Below are positions 54,363 through 64,000 of a stretch of 64,000 nucleotides of DNA, in pieces; position 1 is the stretch's first letter, and each line of letters starts with the position of its first letter. The DNA is from Paramecium tetraurelia. Taxonomy: Eukaryota. Position numbers and translations under genes: made by a program. Location of the stretch: assembly GCA_000165425.1 (NCBI GenBank), contig CT868108.1:124001-188000 (forward strand), read 5' to 3'. The notes under the pieces were generated by a model, which was given only the letters and a program-made list of their open reading frames with translations, searched no databases and had not been told where the DNA came from.

Positions 54363-55581
54363 ATGTTCAAAGTTGCCGTGTGTGCATTGTTAGTACTTGC
54401 CTCAACAGCCATTAATGTCTAATCCTCAATTTGGACAAGCAAAGACCAAAAAACTTTCGCTTAGATTCACTAATCTGGTTGGGGTAAATTCATCTTGAAC
54501 TATGCTGAACTCCATTTAACAACAGGAGGTATCCTCTCTGAGCTCAACTCCGAGATTGAGAAACTCGTACATATATAGAGTTAATATTTTATAGGTTGAT
54601 GAAATGGAAGAGGAATTGGCTGGAGTTCATCATGAATTCAACAGAAGAACAGATGTCCACAACAGAGAAGTCTCCAGACTCGAATAAGAAATCTAAGACA
54701 AAGAAAGAGGTATTTTATCAGTTTTACTATTTCCTTAGAATTGTTCAATGCCCACGATTTCTATGACAACGTCCTCATCCCATAAGGAGAAAGATTTGCT
54801 GCCTAACTTGAATAATTATAAGAAAACATCGCTTAAAACAGAAGAACCCTTGAATAAGCTACAGTCTAAAGAGCAAACGATCACGAAACATTTGAAAGTG
54901 AAGTTGTTGAACACAACGAAGCTATTGCTGCTATTGATGAATGCTTATAATTGTTGAGCACATTGGCAGCCCCATCTCTTGCTTAAGTCAAGAAAGTCTA
55001 AAAGAATTTGGCTAAAATCTAAAACTCATTGAAAAAGCACAACTAATTCCAAATCTTTGTTAAAGTCTTATTGGAAATCACATCCGACTCCAACTTTGCT
55101 GACTAAGGAGCTCTTAGAGATGTAATGTCTAATTGATATATCCTCTAGATTGTTGTTGCCTTCAATAACTTGAGAGTTGAATTAGTTGACTCCCTCAATT
55201 AAATCACTGCTGATGAAGCTGAATAAGTCGCCGAATATAATGCCTCAGTCATTTAATTGAACTAAGAACATGCCGAATTCTAAAGAGCTGTTGTTGTTAA
55301 GAATGCTGAAATCGAAGCCAACACAAGTATTCATTCCAATCTAACAACAAATAGCCAAATAAGAATAAACCCTTGATTTAATTGACGAACTTGATGAAGA
55401 TTTGGCCACCCTCAACGGATAATTACAAGCTGAAAATGATGACTATGCCTTTGCCACTGATGTCTATAATGCCACCGTTGCTGAATACAACAAGGAAATC
55501 AATGCTGCCAATTAAGCTTTAGAGTTGCTCAACCAACCAAGATTCCAAGACTATGTCAAATCATAACTCAAGGGAGCATGA
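54363..55581 (+). CDS. T1: Trichocyst matrix protein, T1 family
   Basis: [12 protein letters not shown]...[26 protein letters not shown]...[10 protein letters not shown]...[18 protein letters not shown]...YVKSQLKGA resembles the T1 precursor as I recall it. Confidence 0.92.
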
Positions 55582-55666
55582 TCTATTTCCAAATATAAAA
55601 TATATCAAAGCATAGAAATTATTATTATAATAATTTATTTGTAAAAACCAAACCTTGTTCTCTCAT

Positions 55667-56491
55667 ATGCAACAAAAGTGTTGTTGTTTACCCACTCAAA
55701 AAGCATTTCTAATGATTGTCTATCTAGACATTAGCAGAATCATTTGGGGTTTCAACTACAACCATTATTATTTCTAGGAACTGTGGCATGTGCCTTCATG
55801 TTTTAAAAAGACTCCTCCCTTTCTCTTATCATATCCATCATGGACATTATCATCATAGTATTCCAGTCCTCCGTTGCTTTATACATTAATATGAGAGCAT
55901 TAAAACAGCAAAACAAAAAACCAATCTTCATCTATAGAAAGTTGAAAGTCTTAAGTATATGCTTCAACATACTTGATCGATTGATCGTCCCCATCATCAA
56001 CTGCACCCTCATTTTTAAAGATGTAATAACCCTAATATTTAGGATTAAAAAGAAGCAAGATCACAGTACTGTGTACTTGACATATTTGTCGCTCTCATTA
56101 TAACTGCAATCATATGGAATCTAATTGAATACTATTTCTACACCATAGTTAGAGATTTTGTACTCATTCTTCAATCCACATGTATTTATATTTTCTTAAA
56201 TTAGAAAATCGATCATTGCGTTACATGAATGATAGCAAACTAAAGCTCTTAGAATAATAGAACCTAGCCATTGTCTTCGAAGTTGTAGGATTGAGGCCAG
56301 CTCTACGTCGAGGAGGGTAGCCTGTAATTAATTCGGATAGAGTAGAATAAGGACATCTTAAAAACACTAATGAAGTTCAAAAGATTTATCAGCAACCATT
56401 ACAAAATAATTAAAGTATTAAATTTAGTTATTCAGGTTTTCAAGTTTATGGTTCTCAATAAGAATTAATAGAAATCAATTTAATTGAATGA
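55667..56491 (+). CDS. Four-TM membrane protein with N-terminal Cys cluster
   Basis: MQQKCCCLP, four hydrophobic segments, two tiny introns, continuous to TGA at 56489-56491. Confidence 0.75.
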
Positions 56492-56580
56492 TATCAATTT
56501 ATGTTTCATCAATGAATCTTATTCATATTCAATAATTAAGATAAATAATAACAAAAATTTATTTTTATCATAGTATTTAG

Positions 56581-58665
56581 TCATTAGTTTAATACTTGAC
56601 TACTTTTTCTTATTTATTTCTTCATTAAGTCATTCAAACTTTAATCAACCTACTTTATCTGATTTTAACACGCAATCTATTCTAATTATTAATATTTGTC
56701 TATCATCTAAGTCAGTTCTTTGTTCTTTATCATTAATTCATTTTGCAAAAGGGATATCTACTCCGACATCCTTTTAAATTATATTGTATTATTGAATGGA
56801 TCATTTAATACTCTGTTAGATTCTTAAGTGTTGCTCAGAGATATTAACTTACTGTACAACAATTCATTATCAATTCTAATATTCTATTATTTTAATTATA
56901 AATTCTTCACTTCTAAACTTAAATCTATGCATTCTTAGTTTTTAATTTCTAACATTTGCATATATTCTATTTTCTCATTAATTAGATTTTGTAATTAAAA
57001 ATCATACTACTTTAATTGATTTTCAAAGTTTCTTTGTAATTAATATATTTATTATTCTTTTTCTTTTTGCTTCTGTTTATCCTGTTGCTCATAGTGATGC
57101 AAAATATTTAAATTTTCTTCCTCCAGTTTTAAAAGGTTCTCTTCATAATGATTTAGCTTTTTGTAAATATTTTCAAAATTATTGATTTCATTATCTTTAT
57201 GTATAATCTAATTTTTTAAAAATACATTCTCTCTATTTATTTATTCCATCTTCTAATTTGTCTCTTCAAGTAATAACTGGCATTATATTTGGATCTCTTA
57301 CATTTTCTTGACTGATTCATCATTTATGCTTTCTGACTATATTCTCTAAGATAATAATCTCTTATTTTGATCTTCTATTATACTATTCAATTTTTAATTT
57401 TCTATTTCATAATATTCCCGCTGTCGCAATCTTTCAATCATTAATTATTATTATTCTGAATTATTGGCTGACAGGAATTCCTTTAGATTTTTTATCTCAC
57501 TTTCTAAAACAGAGATTTGTCTCTGGGAATTTTGTTTAATAGAATCAATCTCATTCTTTTACATTTAAAAATAATCATTCTTTATTTAATTAATGTCTTC
57601 CAAATATTATTAATCCTTTTTCATTATTTAAAACTTCAAGACTTCATTTTCTTATTTTAACACATTGTTCTCTAAATCAATTTAATACTTTAATCTTTAA
57701 TTTTAGTTATTTATAGTTTGTATCTCCTAATTTTTTATGTCAATCAAACATTTCAATTAATTAATTTCTTCCTTTAATATTTCTATCTAATTATTATAAG
57801 CTATTTTCATATTCTAAACCTGAGAATCTTGATAGAATTCCATTTTCATTTTCTGCTATTGGATTTGATTCTAATGTTCAACCTATATCTAACTTATTCT
57901 ACTGTTGAGTTACTCTATTTCTCCATTAGATCTCAATTATACTTCAGAGATCTCAATCTTTTATTTCTCTAACGCAAAAGTCAAATTTTTAATGATTGAA
58001 TTCTTTTCTGCGATTTCATCTATCAGTTTATTACATTCGATTTAATTGTCATTCTCATTTAATGATCTTTAGAATGTCTACATACTCATATTAGTCAAAT
58101 TGTCGCCCGTTGGTTTCTACTCAAAAAAACTATAGTTTCTTTATTGTTCACATGACGTAATTCGTTCATTAACTGCTTAAATTTCCTAGCTTAATATTTT
58201 TATATCTTCATCATATTTGCTTCTCATTTCATTTAATTACCTAGCAGCTTATTCGTATTTTTATTTCCATTATTCAATCTCTTATTGTTATAATTCACTT
58301 TATTTAATTAGAGATTGATTTTGTTATTATAATTTGTATTAATATTATTCTCCCTAACTGTCTTCATGATTTTTATTATCAATTCCTACTATAGAAGAAT
58401 ACATAGAAGTAAAGTTGCTCTCATTTTTATTGATTTATTATAAAAATTTTGCTACTTCAATCCCAATCTCCTTACATCTATTTTTGTTTTTATCATTCTC
58501 TCCTTAAGCTAAATTGTAAAGACCCTCTTTGTTTTATGAAGAATATGGTGATTGAGTTTTCAAGTTCTTGCTTCTTTTTAAGGCCCCACCAACAGAACAA
58601 TTTGAAGGAGTGGATATGTATTAAAATTGGACAGGTGAAACAGTTCTGAACTTGCTTTATTGCAT
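56581..58665 (-). CDS. Long coiled-coil protein
   Basis: About 2 kb Q/E/K-rich code-6 frame. Confidence 0.75.
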
Positions 58666-59641
58666 ATTAATAATTTTATAAAGAAAAAATAAAATGCTTT
58701 CATAATCAATAAAACCATTTACATATTGAATAAATTTATTATTATGTTTTATTAACCTTATATTTCTCTATATTCCAAAAAATATCAAAAAATAACATTT
58801 AATTCCTTTATTTCAATGGAATAAGTGAACATTATTTATTTTGTAAATTTTATACAAACTGTAACTTTTTAAACTGGAGAATAACATATTGTTAAATAAC
58901 TAGAATCTAAAATCTTATGCAAACAGAATATAATATTAAACTAATCGAATTAGCAGAAATTTAAATTTATCATAACTTAAAACTACTTGATAATGAGGTT
59001 ACTCCTTTTTAATAATGCCTTTGGTTCTGTTTAATTGAATGAAGAGTATTTCAGGTTTAGAATTATTTTATTCGCCGTTGAATCAAAATTAAACTATCTA
59101 TAAAGGATTATCGATAATTTAACTAATTATTTTAATTTATATGAATTAGTAAATTCAAGAAAATGAATCGAATTCTATAACTGATACTAAAAAATAGTTA
59201 ATTATAAATTAATGAGTTTAGTTATTAAGAAATCTATAAAGAGAAAACTTAGAGATATTCTTACACTCAAAATATAAAAAAACCTAATCATTTTCATCTA
59301 AACATAGAAACATATTGCTCAATTTAAATTTCAAAACAATATAGTATTTTAAATTACTAACTACAATTTTATATAGTTTCCGATCAATCCCTAGTTTAAT
59401 GAGTTAAATAATCTTAGGAATTAAGACGAAAAAGTCAAATAAATCTATGAAAATTAGGAATACCAATATGATTTATAAGTGTTTTTCAAATCAAAATAAA
59501 CTGGAAATCTTAGTATAGAACAAATACATTTCTCAACCATTATTGATTACTTAAATCTAATGATCATAATAAATAAATATTCTTAGAATTATAAATAATT
59601 TGCTTAATTTTATAAATGCGTCATAATTAAAAATAAAATAG

Positions 59642-61167
59642 ATGTAAATTTCTAAAAAAGCGCATTCATCTTTAAATCTTGCCAACAATGACTTATTGGA
59701 AACTCCAGATAAGAAACCCACGAATCATCATGTCATTAGATCAAATAAACAAGAAGAAAGTGCAATAAAAGAACCAATGGTAGTAGATGTGTCAACTTAT
59801 AATCATCCTCCAAACCTTCAGAAATTAATTCCAGTTTCACATATTTTTGGAGCATATAAGAGAGTTAAGAATGTCATAACAAGAACACCAACTCAAAAAT
59901 CCATGAAATTATCAGAATAATTCGGAGCTAATGTCTATATAAAAAGAGTAAATAAAAAATATAAGTTTAGGAAGATTTGCAAATTGTTAGAAGCTATAAG
60001 TTAAGAGGAGCCTACAATAAAATCATATCTATACCAGAAAGTGAAAGACATCGTACAGTGTTTTGTTCTAGTGCTGGTAATCACGCTTAGGGTGTTGCTT
60101 ATGTATGTAATCTATTGAAAATCAACTGTGTTATTTATATGCCAACAAATACACCTAACATTAAGTTTAATGCAGTCAAGTAATTTATAATTCATATTAA
60201 GATCATGGGGCAAATAATTTGTTCAGATTGAATTAGTTGGAGATACTTTCGATGAGAGTTTTAGGGCAAGCAAAGAAAGATGTAATAATGAGAATGGAAT
60301 ATATGTCCATGCTTTCGATGATGAGAAGATTATAGAAGGATAAGGAACTATTGCTGTTGAAATTCTAGAGGATATTCCTGAGGATTAAATTGACTTTGTT
60401 TTCTTTCCAGTTGGAGGTGGAGGTTGTGGAGCAGGAATTTCATCTTATTTCAAACAAGTTCACCCTGAAACAATTTTGATAGGTGTTGAACCAGAAGGGT
60501 ATAATATCAAACTGATTTTTAGTTCCCCTTCAATGTATGAGGCAATCAAATAATAAAAAGTTGTAGAATTAGATACTATTAATACATTTGTAGATGGTGC
60601 TGCTATTAAAAAGTCAGGAGCTATACCATTTGAGATTCTGAATTCTGTGTTAAAAGATATTTTTTTAATTCCAGAAGGACATGTTTGCACTACTATGATG
60701 AAGTTATTTAACGAAGAAGGAATACTTGTCGAACCTGCTGGGGCTTTGGCAATAGCGGCTTTGGATAGATTCAAGGATGAGATCAGAGGTAAAACTGTTG
60801 TTTGTTTGATTTCTGGCAGCAACAATGATTTAGGTAGAATGACTGACATTAGAATGCTTTCAGAAATTCATTAGGGTCTCTAATATTATATGTTTGTAAA
60901 TTTCTTTTAAAAACCTGGAGCATTAAAGCAATTTATTATAAAATGTTTGGGTATATCCAATAATAAATATCTTTAATAGGACCTACAGATGAAATCACTA
61001 ATTTAGAATACACAAGAAAAAATAATAGAGAAAAGGGACCTGCATTAGTTGGAGTTAAAGTAAAAAAGCCTCAGGATTTCGAAGCCATTAAAAGTAAAAT
61101 GGAAGAATTAAAAATTACACTTAGAATTTTATAACCAAATCAAGAGATTTTCAAAATGTTATTGTGA
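59642..61167 (+). CDS. ilvA: Threonine ammonia-lyase (short IlvA type, single regulatory domain)
   Basis: KREDLQIVRSYKLRGAYN, SAGNHAQG, PVGGGG, FVDGAA, EPAGALA, SGSNND, QKPGALK, EYTRKNNREKGPALVG. Confidence 0.93.
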
Positions 61168-61202
61168 TTTATAATATTATAAGATCATAAATATATAATG
61201 TT

Positions 61203-64000
61203 TCACACCATCTAACCAATTAAAATTAATCTTTTAATCTCTCTTTAGAAATATTCATCAAAAAATACAGTCCCCTATGGAATTAAGTAAATGAATTTTT
61301 GTAAAAGAATCATTTTACTTTATTCAGAATTTGATATTACTCTTAAAAAGTAAACACTAGCAATTTCAAATGATAAATAAATTGATACTACAATCTACAG
61401 TTAGACATAATTTTACATAGACAGTATATTACAAATCAGTAATTTACAATGAAAACTATTCCTTTATGAATCCAGAAAATTTAGACAAAACATCTGATAA
61501 TAGTGTTGAACCTTCTAATTCCAATCTTTCCAGCGATTGTCTAGTATCAAAATGAGTAGCTTAATATTCGTTTGAGATGCTGTTTATAACATAACTTAAT
61601 GCATTTATAAGTCCTCCTTTTAAAGCTCCTTACATAACCTTATCACAGATTCCACTAGCCTTTTTTTTATATTCCTAAAAATATAAACTGTTATAGTTAC
61701 TTCACTTAAATTGTCACAGACTGAAATTTAAGTAATTTTTTCAACGATTTGATTAGATGGTCCAAATATTTAATCAATTTAATCCAACTGAAGTAAATCT
61801 TAGTTGAACTATTTTAATGAATCTAAACTCTATTCCACATGTAAATAAAGATCTTTAATCTCTGAGGAAGTGAAGAATGTAAATGTAGCTTTAAAATACA
61901 AGGCTTCTTTCCAAGCATATAAAATCAAAACATTAACACTAGCATCTGATATTTTCTAATAAAATTAGGCCACATTTTAATAATAGCTTATCTAATTATG
62001 TAATATCAGATAGAAACTTAAACTTACTAAGAAATATATTAGATAATGAAAAAGTAATGCGAATGCCTTTCTAAATATATTTAGAGAGACTAATTTTTTA
62101 TCGTTAATTTGTCTATATTTAAAATTAGATTATTTTTTTTTCAAAGATTTATCAATATTATCCAGATCCATAGAATACCCATAAATAATTTATCTGCTAT
62201 TTTAGATTTTCAAAGTTATCTATTTCAATCTTATAATTTCCAGCTCAACCTAATGGAGATCTTGATTTTTTAATATAGACAATATTTTATTTTTGGCATT
62301 TCGAATCTGTTTCAAATGATAGATTTTTAGAATAATCAAAATGAAAGATATTACTCCAAATACCGTTGTGTATAATCTGATGATGGTCATTTTCTAGTTT
62401 GAATATATCAGAGTGTGTTCTAAAGTAAAGTTTTCCAGATCAACAAACTTTTTATATAGTATTAGACTGTTCTTATATGAGTAATAAAAATAAGGTCCAT
62501 CTGTCAATAATGGTTTCACAGTATAAGCCAATTTATATTCATATTAGTAATTAAGTAACAAATGAATTGACTCTCTAAAACTAATATTATAATTCACTCC
62601 AGTATTATTCGTCACATATAAAGAAAGAATTAAATAATTCTCCTCTAAAAATGGTTAAAATTACGGGATGTATAATACTTTTGTAATACTTTTTTTTAAA
62701 AGATCATACCCTGATAACAAATTTGATCTTGGAAATTAAACTAAATGTGCATACTCAATATCATCAATAAATTTCAGACCGAGCAATTAATTATAATTTA
62801 CAATAGTGTATCTAGTTACTAAAAAGGAGTCAATTGGTTAGTACACTTCATTCTTTATTGAAAGTAATTCTAAATGAGATATCAAACTTTTGAATTCATA
62901 GGTTTCATCAAATATAATTATCGAAAAAATTATAGCTATAAGAATGTAAATTAGATAAATGATAATAAATGCAACCCAATTCTTGGATTATTTTTGAGAA
63001 TTGAGAATAATTGAGGATTGTTTAAATGCTTGATAGTAGGGAGACCTCTTTACTTAAGCAATACTTGATAAATTTGTGAAATTTTCTAACTTTTTGTTGA
63101 TTTTATTACTGAACCGAGGGAAAGAGGTTTCAGTTTATTTCTTTTCTTTTATTAATTGGAAATCATTATTGTCCTATAATAATTCTATTTGCATTTCTTG
63201 TCGTTCTGTGTTTAATATCATTTATTGCTTTTGGTACTCCTCTTCCGGATCTGGAAGGTTGATTTCAATTTATTCATCGATATCAAAAGGGTTCTCAGAA
63301 TTTTACTAACATCTAAATTATGTAATAGAATTAACTTTATCTAATTTAAGGTTATCTAATCTCAATACATATATATATTGATTTTCTTAAAAAAATCTTT
63401 GAGTAATTGATAAATGACATGAATACAATGTTATATTTTCAATATCACTGAGACAATTAAAAGTTCTTGTTTTTCCCTTTTATTCATCTTCTTCATTGCC
63501 ATTTATAAAATTGATAGGACAAATTTTGATATCAAAGGTTTTCTCTTCAATATATCTTTTAAATTAAGGGATTATTTTTATAATACTAATTCCAATTATA
63601 TGATCCAAATAAGCTTCAGACAGATTTAAACCACCAAAAAATAAGTTATGACTTATTTCTTAAAGTCGTAAATTAGAATCAACAAATATTATATGTTTTT
63701 CACTTTGTGGCAACCTATATAGAGTAATGATTTCGATATTTTATGAATTTTTTTGATTCAAATCCATACAAATATCTATTGGTTAAATTATACCTTATCG
63801 TATTTTAATGAAAGTCTCCCCAATAGTTTAATAATATTTATTTTAACCTGTTTCAAGAAATTTTTCAACTAATAATTAATGTTATTATCGAAGTGATTAT
63901 GGTATTAAAGTTTATAACTATTCCCCCTCTTTTATGGTGAAGTGTTGGCCTTATGTTATTTAATGGTATTCAATTTGGATATTTTACACATCTATAATTT
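61203..64000 (-). CDS. 3' part of a large multi-TM protein, paralogous to the gene at 7865-12413
   Basis: LELLSIKNEVYQPI vs LDMLSIKGNFMAPI; C-terminal IYLIPQGTVFFD vs IFLIPQLQFYLD; 5' end lies outside the window. Confidence 0.7.

Noticed and set aside
55700..56399. Long minus-strand open stretches
   Set aside because: They need a frameshift or contain TGA; the plus strand gives a clean spliced four-TM gene
1..64000. CRISPR arrays, telomeric repeats, transposons, retained IESs, tRNA/rRNA/snoRNA genes
   Set aside because: No spaced repeats, C4A2/C3A3 arrays, transposase motifs or convincing RNA structures seen; IESs cannot be called without germline reads

Overview
AT-rich, very gene-dense eukaryotic DNA with the signatures of a Paramecium-type ciliate macronuclear chromosome: TAA/TAG read as Gln and only TGA stops, introns are about 20-30 nt GT..AG, and intergenic gaps are often under 100 bp. 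The standard-code ORF track is therefore mostly fragments or off-frame reads, so I re-translated by hand with code 6 and tiny introns; boundaries are approximate where stated. About 30 genes are visible: a CDPK and a degenerate CDPK-like protein, a RING membrane protein, Tubby, an SMS/PAP2-like enzyme, a Cys-rich surface protein, two paralogous large multi-TM proteins, two tandem acidic PSI-domain proteins (ND7/ND169-like), a bacterial-type alpha-oxoamine synthase, an EGF+7TM protein, a P4-ATPase/guanylyl cyclase fusion, HMG-like, TEDC1-like, USP, a COA3-like microprotein, Myb, a PEPCK pseudogene, DPH6, RPS19, three trichocyst matrix protein (TMP) genes, GSK3, MORN, a bacterial-type IlvA and several coiled-coil or unknown proteins. 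The most notable items are a shared T(T/C)CGTTTTT element upstream of the secretory-granule genes, an apparent +1 frameshift in one TMP gene, a G/C skew flip around the TMP genes, two HGT-like PLP enzymes and the PEPCK relic. I saw no RNA genes, CRISPR arrays, telomeres or transposons. No novel system is established; all candidates need testing.
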